This document shows positions 17,676 through 27,102 of a DNA stretch of 64,000 bases, piece after piece (positions within the stretch are counted from its first letter, which is position 1; each line of letters opens with the position of its first letter). The translations under genes were made by a program, and so were the position numbers. Location: the sequence record DRR723986_6727. One strand, 5' to 3'. Below the pieces are notes generated by a model. That model saw only the letters and a program-made list of their open reading frames with translations, did not search any database and had not been told where the DNA came from.

Positions 17676-18631
17676 TGAGTCATAGCAATACTATCATAGA
17701 TACTAATTTTAACTTCCCAAAGCAAAAGAGTGTTTATAAAGGAAAAGTAAGAGAAGTATATAATATCAATGACGAGCAATTAGTAATGGTTGCAACTGAC
17801 AGATTAAGTGCCTTTGATGTCGTAATGCCTAAAGGTATACCGTATAAAGGTCAGATTTTAAATCAGATTGCAACTAAGATGATGGCAGAGACTGAAGATT
17901 TGGTGCCAAATTGGTTAGTTGCGACACCAGACCCAAATGTTGCTGTTGGTCATCTTTGTGAACCATTTAAAGTTGAAATGGTAATACGCGGCTATATGTC
18001 TGGTCATGCAGCGCGCGAGTATAAAGCAGGTAAACGAATGTTGTGCGGTGTAGCAATGCCAGAAGGCATGAAAGAAAATGATAAATTCCCTGAACCTATA
18101 ATTACACCAGCGACTAAAGCAGAAATGGGAAGCCATGACGAAGATATATCAAGAGAAGATATTTTAAAACGCGGTATTGTAACGGAAGAGGATTATATAG
18201 TGTTAGAGGATTACACACGAAAGTTATTTCAACGTGGTACCGAAATTGTGGAAAAACTTGGTTTGATATTAGTAGATACTAAATATGAATTTGGCAAAAC
18301 TAAAGACGGTCAAATTGTTTTAATAGATGAAATTCATACACCAGACTCATCACGCTATTTCTATGCAGATGGATACCAGGAGCGTCAAGATAGAGGTGAA
18401 GCTCAAAAGCAATTGTCTAAAGAGTTTGTACGTCAATGGTTAATATCAAATGGTTTCCAGGGCTTAGAAGGGCAAACTGTACCTTTTATGAGCGATGATT
18501 ATATTGAATCTGTTAGTGATCGTTATATTGAGCTATACGAAAACATAACAGGTGAACCGTTTGTAAAAGCTGATGTGTCTGATATTCAGAGTCGAATAGA
18601 GGCCAATGTAGTTGATTATTTAAATCAATAA
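17675..18631 (+). CDS. purC: SAICAR synthase
   Basis: [46 protein letters not shown]. Confidence 0.96.
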   Translation: MSHSNTIIDTNFNFPKQKSVYKGKVREVYNINDEQLVMVATDRLSAFDVVMPKGIPYKGQILNQIATKMMAETEDLVPNWLVATPDPNVAVGHLCEPFKVEMVIRGYMSGHAAREYKAGKRMLCGVAMPEGMKENDKFPEPIITPATKAEMGSHDEDISREDILKRGIVTEEDYIVLEDYTRKLFQRGTEIVEKLGLILVDTKYEFGKTKDGQIVLIDEIHTPDSSRYFYADGYQERQDRGEAQKQLSKEFVRQWLISNGFQGLEGQTVPFMSDDYIESVSDRYIELYENITGEPFVKADVSDIQSRIEANVVDYLNQ

Positions 18632-19149
18632 TTAGTCTTCAGGCTCTTAGTATGATGTTCTACATGATGAGCAGTCCACATTATAATTTCACGAACTGGC
18701 ATTTTACCCATTAATGGATGCGGAAGTATTACTGAGTCTAAGTTTTTATCGCTAATCTTCTTCGTTTTATACTGTAACTTTTTACTTTCTGTTTGTAATC
18801 TGTTGATTATAAAATTTTTATCAGCAATAGTTGGAACTTTCATATTTTGAGATCCTTTAAAGGTCTTCCCTTTGGTACCTTCTAATCGCTCATGATACCT
18901 TTTAACTATCTCATCGTAAGTTCTGACAGGTCAGTTTGCCTTTCCGAATTTATAACGCAACAAAAATTTCGGTAAACTTAAGGCATTGTTTAAAGGTTTG
19001 ATACTTTGGAGTAAATGAAGTGCCTGTTGACCTTGTGTCCATTTGCCTTCAGGACCTTGTTCCCAAGTATCGTCTGGTTGTTGTTTTAGCCAGGCAATTA
19101 ATTCGTTATGTTTTTGTTCTAAGAGATCTACTATAGTGTCTTTATCCAC
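18625..19149 (-). pseudogene. DinB/YfiT-superfamily gene interrupted by an in-frame TGA
   Basis: Track ORFs 18931-19149 and 18625-18843 share one frame, reading ...KFGKAN*PVRTYDEIVKRY...; family motifs KWTQGQQALHL and LPHPLMGKMPVRE...HHVEHH. Confidence 0.8.
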
Positions 19150-19220
19150 AACTGTAGTATTGATAAAGATAAAAGATAGGAAAATTTGACTAAATGATGT
19201 TTATAAATTTAAGAATACAA

Positions 19221-19985
19221 TTACTCTTCAGGTTCTTTCTCTTGTATTACAACCTTATCCTTTTTGAATATTGGAATTAGGTAGGACATATTAAAGCCAA
19301 AGCCAACGCCAAAACTTCCGCTGTCATAGGTTCTTCCAAAGCCAGGGATATATAAGTTTTCAAAATTATCTGGTGCGGTTTCAGTTACAAGAAAACGTAA
19401 TTGGGTATTTATTCCTGCAAAGAAATTATTAAAAATTTCTGCTTTTAATCCTATTTGTATCTCTGCCCAAATTGCTGTTAGCCCTTTAAACTCAGTGCCA
19501 TCTTCAATAGAAAAAAGATCATCATTCCAATACTGATTATTTACATCGTATATTTTATAACTATTAAGCGTTTGGCTAAAGGAACTTGCACCAGCTCTAA
19601 ACCCAACATAAATCATATTTTCCATGTCTAGCCAATTCTTATAAAAGTTTAAGTCTATACCACCTTTAAAATAACTTCCTTTAGTTGTATTACTTAATAC
19701 TTCGTTATTAATATCGCGTTCTTCATTACCAATTTCGCCAGCAATATAAATACGCTTAGTTATCCGGTAATCACCCATTATTTCAAAACCAGTATAATCT
19801 TTGTCAAAAAATGTTCTACCAATTTTTGCAAAGTCTGCACCTAATCGTAAACCGTATTTCTGCTTATATACTAGCGTATCTGCTGTTGCTTCCTTTTCTT
19901 GGGCAAATGTTATTGTTGAAAACAACAAAACAATTACAATACTTTTAATGTAAGATGTATACATGTACCGTGTTTTCATTTTCAA
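19221..19985 (-). CDS. Outer-membrane beta-barrel protein (DUF6048-like)
   Basis: Signal peptide, YGLRLGAD, amphipathic strands, LYIPGFG; start codon uncertain. Confidence 0.75.
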   Translation of the reverse strand: MKMKTRYMYTSYIKSIVIVLLFSTITFAQEKEATADTLVYKQKYGLRLGADFAKIGRTFFDKDYTGFEIMGDYRITKRIYIAGEIGNEERDINNEVLSNTTKGSYFKGGIDLNFYKNWLDMENMIYVGFRAGASSFSQTLNSYKIYDVNNQYWNDDLFSIEDGTEFKGLTAIWAEIQIGLKAEIFNNFFAGINTQLRFLVTETAPDNFENLYIPGFGRTYDSGSFGVGFGFNMSYLIPIFKKDKVVIQEKEPEE

Positions 19986-20475
19986 CTTTTGTTTCTATAA
20001 CCTGTATTGAGGTAATCCAAGTATTTCCATCCTGATTAAAGGTTACAATTAGGTCCTCAAATATATTTTTGTACCCACATGCTCTAGACACATAATCATA
20101 ATTATTAGTATAAGAGATAGTAATAATATCTTCATTAGAATTTCCTTCCTCTCTCAGATTAGTATCCTTTTCTAAAATATAGCTAGTTGTAGTAACTAAG
20201 CCTTCTTCGCCAACTATTAATGGCAATTCTAATCTATTAGCATTGGTATCATAAACAATAGTTTCAAACACCTCTTCTGTAGGTGATTCCGCTAATAATC
20301 CTTCACCATAAGCAGTTAGCCTCGTTACACTTTTTAAATCATCCGTGTTCGCGGCGTCGTAGAATTCTACAATTAATCTTGGTGTAGTGGGAGTGCCTTC
20401 CGCACAGATGTCATCACGCTCACAACTTATTAAGGCAATTGACAATAATAGAATTAAGAATTTTAGATTTTTCAT
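19945..20475 (-). CDS. Lipoprotein (DUF6452-like)
   Basis: Lipobox LISC-ERDDIC; TPRLIVEFYD; YVSRACGYK. Confidence 0.78.
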   Translation of the reverse strand: MKNLKFLILLLSIALISCERDDICAEGTPTTPRLIVEFYDAANTDDLKSVTRLTAYGEGLLAESPTEEVFETIVYDTNANRLELPLIVGEEGLVTTTSYILEKDTNLREEGNSNEDIITISYTNNYDYVSRACGYKNIFEDLIVTFNQDGNTWITSIQVIETKVENENTVHVYILH

Positions 20476-20478
20476 TAA

Positions 20479-21930
20479 TTATTTTTCAAACAATACAACT
20501 GTTTCAATATGCGCTGTATGTGGAAATTGATCAACCAGACTTAGCTTTTTAATATCATATCCTGCATGCATTAGTTGCTCAGTATCTCTTGCCTGTGTTG
20601 CAGGATTACAAGATACATAAACCAAACGGTCTGCATTTAGGTTTATTATTTTTTTAAGAGTTTTTGGCGCTATACCTGCTCTTGCTGGGTCTAGTATTAT
20701 CGTTTTAATTTTGTTAGTATATTCAGGATGCTCTAATAAAAACTTTCCAACGTCCGCTGCATAAAACTGAAGCCCATCTATATTATTTCGCTTTGCATTT
20801 TCTTTCGCATCTTCAATGGCTGAAGCAACAATGTCTACACCTACAATTTTAGTATTATTAGATTTACTTGCTATAATTTGACCTATGGTACCTGTACCAC
20901 AAAAAAGATCGAGTACAACAGAATTATCAATGGCTTCTTTATTTTCAAGAGCATAGTCAACGACCTTACTATATAACTTTTCTGCACATTTCGGATTAGT
21001 TTGAAAAAAACTTTTCATACTAATCTCAAAATTCAACCCAAGTAGCTCTTCAATAATTTTATCTTCGCCATAAATTAGTTTAATACTACCTGTAGTTGCG
21101 ATGGTTCTATCTCCAATTTCGTCATTTATTGTGTGCAACAGACCTGCAACTCTATCTCCAAATAATTCTACTAAAAAGTTGGCAAAAGCATCTAAATTAA
21201 ATGATGATAAATCTTGTGATGTAGTAACCAAATTAAATAGAAGCTTATTTGTTTTGTAAGACTTTCTAACAACAAAATATCTAAAAAAACCTTCTTTTCT
21301 TGGGCCGTGCCAAGGTGTTAGCTCTGTTTGCTCACAATAGATTCTAATTTGCTTTAAGTGATTTTCTAATTGCGCATCAAACAAACCCGAATCTATATTT
21401 AAATTTTCTCCGCACCACCAAAGACCACGTCGCTTAAAACCAAGTGTAAATTCATCTACGTCCGTTTTGAGATCTCTGTTATAACCAATGGCAGAAAAAC
21501 CGTATTCCATTTTATTTCTATAGTGAAAGGTATTTGGCGAGCTTACAAATTCATCAAACTTATCTTCAATATCATTTACTTTTCCAATACGCTTAAACAA
21601 TTCTAAGGTACTTTCCTTTTTGTATTTATGTTGTTTTGAAATTGGAAGCTTAATATACGGAGCACCAGGTATCTCTTGATATGGCATATCAATTTCATCT
21701 CCCGAAGGTTTAAGTATATATAGTAATTTGCACTCGGCATATTTTTTACTAGATTTTTTTACCTGCGCTTTTACTAACTGGCCTGGTAATGTGTTAGTTA
21801 CGAAGACCACAAATTCGCCGTGTTCATTTCGAATACGACCAATTCCTTTGCCACCAAAGGCATAGTCCTCAATAAGGATTTCAATAATCTGTCCTCGTTT
21901 TACAAATTTATTGCGTTCTCTGCGTGGCAT
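20479..21930 (-). CDS. rlmD: 23S rRNA m5U1939 methyltransferase
   Basis: N-terminal TRAM domain, YRNKMEY, SFFQTN, LDLFCGTGTI, YVSCNPATQARD, DQFPHTAHIE. Confidence 0.92.
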   Translation of the reverse strand: MPRRERNKFVKRGQIIEILIEDYAFGGKGIGRIRNEHGEFVVFVTNTLPGQLVKAQVKKSSKKYAECKLLYILKPSGDEIDMPYQEIPGAPYIKLPISKQHKYKKESTLELFKRIGKVNDIEDKFDEFVSSPNTFHYRNKMEYGFSAIGYNRDLKTDVDEFTLGFKRRGLWWCGENLNIDSGLFDAQLENHLKQIRIYCEQTELTPWHGPRKEGFFRYFVVRKSYKTNKLLFNLVTTSQDLSSFNLDAFANFLVELFGDRVAGLLHTINDEIGDRTIATTGSIKLIYGEDKIIEELLGLNFEISMKSFFQTNPKCAEKLYSKVVDYALENKEAIDNSVVLDLFCGTGTIGQIIASKSNNTKIVGVDIVASAIEDAKENAKRNNIDGLQFYAADVGKFLLEHPEYTNKIKTIILDPARAGIAPKTLKKIINLNADRLVYVSCNPATQARDTEQLMHAGYDIKKLSLVDQFPHTAHIETVVLFEK

Positions 21931-22103
21931 GTGCTAAAATTAGATTGCAAATATAGTTGCATTTTAGAAAAGACAATTGTTCAAAATTTATTAATTTGCA
22001 CACTCTCAGGGATGATTTCTTTCCCACGCTGAATTTTCGAGACTTCGAAAGGATAAAGGTAGATAAGGAATGGTTATTTTTTTAATTTAAAAACGATATT
22101 AAA

Positions 22104-23384
22104 ATGGCTGTTTTAGACCACATTTCATCGCAAGAAGCGATGGCACTAGAAAATAAGTACGGAGCACAAAATTATCATCCATTACCAGTAGTATTGAGTA
22201 AAGGAGAAGGTGTTTTTGTATGGGATGTAGAAGGTAAAAAGTATTATGACTTTTTATCTGCTTATTCATCATTAAACCAAGGACATTGTCATCCTAAGAT
22301 TGTCAATGCAATGACTGAACAAGCGCAACGATTAACCTTAACATCGCGAGCATTCTATAATGATATGCTTGGTAAATACGAGAAATATGCAACTGAATAT
22401 TTCAAGTTTGATAAGATGTTACCTATGAACTCAGGTGCAGAAGCTGTAGAAACTGCTTTAAAGCTTTGTAGAAAGTGGGCATATGAGGTTAAGGGAATTG
22501 ACTTAAATAAAGCTGAGATAGTTGTATGTAAAAACAATTTTCATGGTAGAACAACTACAATCATTTCTTTTTCTAACGATCCTGTAGCACGTAAAAATTT
22601 CGGACCATACACAGATGGTTTTATAAAGGTTGAATATGATAACCTAAAGGAATTAGAAGCAGTTCTTAGTACTAATGAGAATGTTGCTGGTTTTATGGTA
22701 GAACCTATACAAGGTGAAGCTGGTGTTTATGTTCCGGGTGAAAACTATCTAAAGGAAGCAAAAGCACTTTGTGAAAAGTATAATGTACTATTTATAGCTG
22801 ATGAAGTTCAGACAGGAATAGCTCGTACAGGACGATTATTGGCCACATGTGGTAATTGCTCATGCGAGAATAAAGATTGTTCTGGTACACCAGATGTAAA
22901 ACCAGATATTTTAGTTTTAGGTAAAGCTTTAAGTGGTGGATTGTATCCTGTTTCTGCAGTTATGGCAAGTAATGAGATAATGAATGTTATTCAACCTGGT
23001 AATCATGGTAGTACTTTTGGCGGAAATCCAATTGCAGCTGCTGTTGCTATTGCAGCACTAGAAGTGGTGAAAGAGGAAAAATTAGCAGAAAATGCTGATT
23101 ATCTAGGTAAAGTATTTAGAGCAGAAATGAACAAATATATTTCTAATAGTAATATTGTAAGCTCTGTTAGAGGTGGAGGGTTACTAAATGCAATTGTTAT
23201 TAATGACGATGAGGATAGCGATACAGCTTGGAATATTTGCTTAAAGCTAAGAGACAATGGTTTATTAGCTAAGCCTACTCATGGTAATATTATACGTTTT
23301 GCGCCACCATTAGTAATGACTGAAGATCAGTTGTTGGATTGTGTATCGATTATTACTAAGACCTTAAAAGAGTTTGAACAATAA
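22104..23384 (+). CDS. rocD: Ornithine-oxo-acid aminotransferase
   Basis: [52 protein letters not shown]. Confidence 0.96.
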   Translation: MAVLDHISSQEAMALENKYGAQNYHPLPVVLSKGEGVFVWDVEGKKYYDFLSAYSSLNQGHCHPKIVNAMTEQAQRLTLTSRAFYNDMLGKYEKYATEYFKFDKMLPMNSGAEAVETALKLCRKWAYEVKGIDLNKAEIVVCKNNFHGRTTTIISFSNDPVARKNFGPYTDGFIKVEYDNLKELEAVLSTNENVAGFMVEPIQGEAGVYVPGENYLKEAKALCEKYNVLFIADEVQTGIARTGRLLATCGNCSCENKDCSGTPDVKPDILVLGKALSGGLYPVSAVMASNEIMNVIQPGNHGSTFGGNPIAAAVAIAALEVVKEEKLAENADYLGKVFRAEMNKYISNSNIVSSVRGGGLLNAIVINDDEDSDTAWNICLKLRDNGLLAKPTHGNIIRFAPPLVMTEDQLLDCVSIITKTLKEFEQ

Positions 23385-23402
23385 TAAGATGAGCATTAAA
23401 AT

Positions 23403-23436
23403 AAAAAGCGATTCTAATTTTAGAATCGCTTTTTTT
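23403..23436. terminator. Bidirectional terminator after rocD
   Basis: AAAAAGCGATTCTAA-TT-TTAGAATCGCTTTTT. Confidence 0.88.
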
Positions 23437-23456
23437 ATTCAGTTAAGAGATATCTC

Positions 23457-23795
23457 TTATTCTATTTCAATACCCATTTGTCTATAAACATCTTTCGTTT
23501 GTTCCATATAAGCATCCCAACCGCCTAATGAGTTGATGTAATATAGAGACCATGCAAATGTAATCACACCGATTATTAATCCGATTATAGCAATAATTTT
23601 GGCAGTTTTTATTTGTCCAAAATTACTGTATAAGTCAGGTTGTTGAGTATATAGATTTTCATCTTTTTTAGCAAGAAAAAAGGCGATTGCAGATAGTATT
23701 ACTCCACCAATTCCCATACTAAAGCAACAGCAGATAAAAGATAAACTTCCTAATACTATAGATATCGTTGCATTGGGTAATTTTTGTTGTTCCAT
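23457..23795 (-). CDS. CCC-motif membrane protein
   Basis: LPNAT...LGSLSFICCC; KTAKIIAIIG. Confidence 0.85.
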   Translation of the reverse strand: MEQQKLPNATISIVLGSLSFICCCFSMGIGGVILSAIAFFLAKKDENLYTQQPDLYSNFGQIKTAKIIAIIGLIIGVITFAWSLYYINSLGGWDAYMEQTKDVYRQMGIEIE

Positions 23796-23800
23796 ATAAT

Positions 23801-24100
23801 TTATTTTAAATATAGTTTAATTAAATAGCTGCTTATTATAGTAACTACGTTAAGTAATGCCAAGATAATAATAATTTTATTGCCGTATTTAATGTCTTTA
23901 AAATGGTTGACAATTAAAAATCCAAAAAGTGCAATAATTGTATAAACAGCAGGATACATGTAAAATGCCTGAACAAACTCACCTTTAACGAGTAGAGCAA
24001 TAGACCGTTGTAAACCACATCCTAAACATTCAAAGCCTAATAATTTCTTATTAAGACAAGGTAACATGTAATCTTCTATACCTTTTATCATCAGTAACAT
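23801..24100 (-). CDS. DUF2752 membrane protein
   Basis: LPCLNKKLLGFECLGCGLQRS motif. Confidence 0.85.
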   Translation of the reverse strand: MLLMIKGIEDYMLPCLNKKLLGFECLGCGLQRSIALLVKGEFVQAFYMYPAVYTIIALFGFLIVNHFKDIKYGNKIIIILALLNVVTIISSYLIKLYLK

Positions 24101-24184
24101 AATGCTAAATTAATAATTTGCTAAAACTTTTCTTACACGTCATTGTAAAATATCTATATCTTATTTTTGTAACGGACAAATTAT

Positions 24185-24403
24185 ATGGTTATGACAATTT
24201 CTAGATTAATAAACATCATTTGTATTGTAGGTGGTGGAGCTATAGCAATATATGCGCAGGCTGAAGCAAAGCAAAATACGTATTTACTCATGGGTGGTAT
24301 AATTATGCTAATGTTTGGTATTTACAGGGTTTCTAGAAATATACCAAGCAAGTACGACAAACAAGAAGAAGAATCCTTTGTACAATCTGAAGATGAAGAT
24401 TAA
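24185..24403 (+). CDS. Small two-TM hypothetical protein
   Basis: Two hydrophobic helices and an acidic tail; overlaps the start of the Smr gene. Confidence 0.65.
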   Translation: MVMTISRLINIICIVGGGAIAIYAQAEAKQNTYLLMGGIIMLMFGIYRVSRNIPSKYDKQEEESFVQSEDED

Positions 24404-24950
24404 AGTTGGTGATAAAGTTGAAGCTATTGATGATAATGTAGCAGGTGAGGTAATCAAAATATCTGGTAATACAGTTACTGTAGAAGATAATGATGGCTTT
24501 GAATTTCAGTTTGAGGCCAATGAATTAATGCTTTCCTTTTCTAAGGATGAAATCAATAGATCAATTTACGATTCTGATATAGACGCTATAAAAAAGGAAA
24601 AGGAATCAAAGAAAAGAAAGACTGCTCCAGCACTAAAACCTAAGGAGCGAAATGCACCAAAATTTGAAATAGATCTGCATATTCATCACCTTGCAGATTC
24701 AACGAAGTACATGACCAACTTTGATATCTTAAACCTTCAGTTAGATACTGCGAAACGACAATTAGAATTTGCTATAAAAAAACGTATCCCTAAAATTGTT
24801 TTTATACATGGAGTAGGAGAAGGTGTGTTGCGCCAGGAGTTAAAAACACTATTTGGTAGATACAATAATGTTCAATATTATGATGCTGATTATAAAACTT
24901 ATGGCTTAGGTGCTACTGAAGTAAGAATTTTTCAGAATATAGCTCATTAG
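24393..24950 (+). CDS. Smr/MutS2-domain protein
   Basis: EIDLHIH and FIHGVGEGVLR...GATEV Smr motifs; likely ATG start at 24393 (MKIKVGDK). Confidence 0.88.
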   Translation: MKIKVGDKVEAIDDNVAGEVIKISGNTVTVEDNDGFEFQFEANELMLSFSKDEINRSIYDSDIDAIKKEKESKKRKTAPALKPKERNAPKFEIDLHIHHLADSTKYMTNFDILNLQLDTAKRQLEFAIKKRIPKIVFIHGVGEGVLRQELKTLFGRYNNVQYYDADYKTYGLGATEVRIFQNIAH

Positions 24951-25870
24951 TCATCTATGGTTTGAGTAGATTCAAACGTACCGAAATCAATAATATCAGA
25001 ATTTATAATGGTAAGTCCTGCATTTTCAATGCTAAAGCGAGATCTGATTGTTCGTATATAAGAATTCTCAATTAGTCCAGGAAACGCAAAACTTTCAACG
25101 GCAGTATTATCTAAAAATCTTGGAGGAACAGGTGTACCATCATTACTTTCCTGAAAATCATCTAAAGGATTTGGTATGCCAATAATATCACCATTTTCAT
25201 CTTCTAAATTAGTGTCAATACCATCTCCATCGTCATCCGTATCTAAGTAATCCGGTATGGTATCTCCGTCTGTATCTCTTGGGTCAGTAAATGGATTATC
25301 GTCATTGTCATCATCATCATCTTCATCTTCAGTTTTTACATTATCATTATCATCGTCTTCATCTAAATAATCTGGTATGCCATCATCATCAGAATCCTGA
25401 GCATCACTATAATCTCCGTCTCCATTTGGGTCTTGGCCTTCATCTGCACTTGGTATACCATCATTATCATCATCTACTACCGTTACTGTAACTTTTACTG
25501 TGCCTGAAGATGCCTCATAATCTTCCAGTACGACTAAATCAGGATCTGATAACGGATCACATAGTACATCACCCTGTAATGCTTTATTGTAGATTCTATA
25601 GTTGAATCTAACATTATTGGCAATAGCTATTTCTTCCGGCATTCCTTCTGGTGTTGCCGTAGTAAATAGATAATCAAATGCAGGTTTCGGTAAGATTAAT
25701 GTCAATGATTCATTAGGATCTTCCCTAGTATCGTATAATAAATAGACATCTTCAAAATTATCACAGCGCTCTAACTCTTGGTCAAATTCTAAATCAACTG
25801 TAATGATATCTCCATCATCACAAGCGGTTAAAAAAAGCAAACAGATAATTATATAAAAATGACTTTTCAT
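24947..25870 (-). CDS. Lipoprotein with Asp-rich thrombospondin type-3-like Ca-binding repeats
   Basis: Lipobox LTAC-DDGD after ATG 25870; repeated DxDxDGIPDYLDxDDD. Confidence 0.8.
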   Translation of the reverse strand: MKSHFYIIICLLFLTACDDGDIITVDLEFDQELERCDNFEDVYLLYDTREDPNESLTLILPKPAFDYLFTTATPEGMPEEIAIANNVRFNYRIYNKALQGDVLCDPLSDPDLVVLEDYEASSGTVKVTVTVVDDDNDGIPSADEGQDPNGDGDYSDAQDSDDDGIPDYLDEDDDNDNVKTEDEDDDDDNDDNPFTDPRDTDGDTIPDYLDTDDDGDGIDTNLEDENGDIIGIPNPLDDFQESNDGTPVPPRFLDNTAVESFAFPGLIENSYIRTIRSRFSIENAGLTIINSDIIDFGTFESTQTIDD

Positions 25871-25956
25871 AGACTCAATTTTCAACAAAAATAAAGGATT
25901 TGTAAAATTATAAGGTTGCATTATCTAAATAATTTTATTTACAATATTTTTGCAGC

Positions 25957-27102
25957 ATGAAGGCAGTATATTTAGATAACGCAGCAACAACGGCATTACG
26001 ACCAGAGGTTATAAATTGTATGACTGAAGTTTTAAAGGAAAACTACGGAAATGCATCTTCAACACATAGTTTTGGACGATCCTCTAAAGCACTTTTAGAG
26101 CAATGCAGAAAGAATATTGCCAATTATTTTAATGTTTCAGCTGCAGAAATAATCTTTACATCAGGTGGTACAGAAGCTGATAATCTGGCACTTCGCAGTG
26201 CTGTAAGAGATTTAGGCGTAACAGATATTATTACCTCTAAAATTGAACATCATGCTGTTTTGCATACTGCGGAACAATTAAGTGATGAGTATAGTGTTAA
26301 AGTTCATCTTGTAGATATTGATGACTACGGTAACATTGAGTACGGTCATTTAGAACGCTTACTACAGTCAACAGATAAGGCTATTGTTAGTTTAATGCAC
26401 ATAAATAATGAGATTGGTAATATTTTAGATATTAATAAAGTAGCACATTTATGTAAGGCGCAAAACGCTTTATTTCATACTGATACTGTACAATCAGTCG
26501 GTCATTTTAAAATTGATTTAAGTGAAATTCCAATTGATTTTATGGCGGCGAGTGCACATAAATTCCACGGACCGAAAGGTGTAGGCTTCTGTTTTGTACG
26601 CAAAGAATCTGGACTAAAACCATTGATTTTTGGTGGAGAACAAGAAAGAGGTGTTAGAGCTGGTACGGAATCGATACATAATATTGCAGGTATGGACGAA
26701 GCCTTAAAAATCGCCTATGCTAATTTAGAAAAAGAGAAAGCTTATGTATCTGAACTTAAAGCTTACTTTATAAGTCAGTTAAAAACCCTTGTTCCTGCAG
26801 CGAACTTCAACGGTGGTTGCGAAGATATTACAAACAGCACCTATACATTAGTAAATGTATGTTTGCCTATCGCTCCTGAAAAAGCTCCTATGCTTCAATT
26901 TCAGTTAGATTTAAAAGGTATTGCATGTTCTAAAGGAAGTGCATGTCAGAGCGGGAGCAGTCAGCAGTCTCATGTATTATCAGCAATTTTATCAGAAGAT
27001 AAGTTAAAGCAGCCTTCAGTTCGTTTTTCATTTAGCATTTTTAATACTAAAGCGGAGTTAGACTATGTACTAGATGTTATAAATGAATTTGTTAATTCTT
27101 AA
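25957..27102 (+). CDS. Cysteine desulfurase (group I, IscS/NifS-like)
   Basis: YLDNAATT, FTSGGTE, SAHKFHGPKG, catalytic SKGSAC. Confidence 0.93.
   Translation: MKAVYLDNAATTALRPEVINCMTEVLKENYGNASSTHSFGRSSKALLEQCRKNIANYFNVSAAEIIFTSGGTEADNLALRSAVRDLGVTDIITSKIEHHAVLHTAEQLSDEYSVKVHLVDIDDYGNIEYGHLERLLQSTDKAIVSLMHINNEIGNILDINKVAHLCKAQNALFHTDTVQSVGHFKIDLSEIPIDFMAASAHKFHGPKGVGFCFVRKESGLKPLIFGGEQERGVRAGTESIHNIAGMDEALKIAYANLEKEKAYVSELKAYFISQLKTLVPAANFNGGCEDITNSTYTLVNVCLPIAPEKAPMLQFQLDLKGIACSKGSACQSGSSQQSHVLSAILSEDKLKQPSVRFSFSIFNTKAELDYVLDVINEFVNS

Noticed and set aside
25291-25491. His-rich 66-aa ORF on the + strand
   Set aside because: It is the antisense shadow of the GAT/GAC Asp repeats of the minus-strand lipoprotein.
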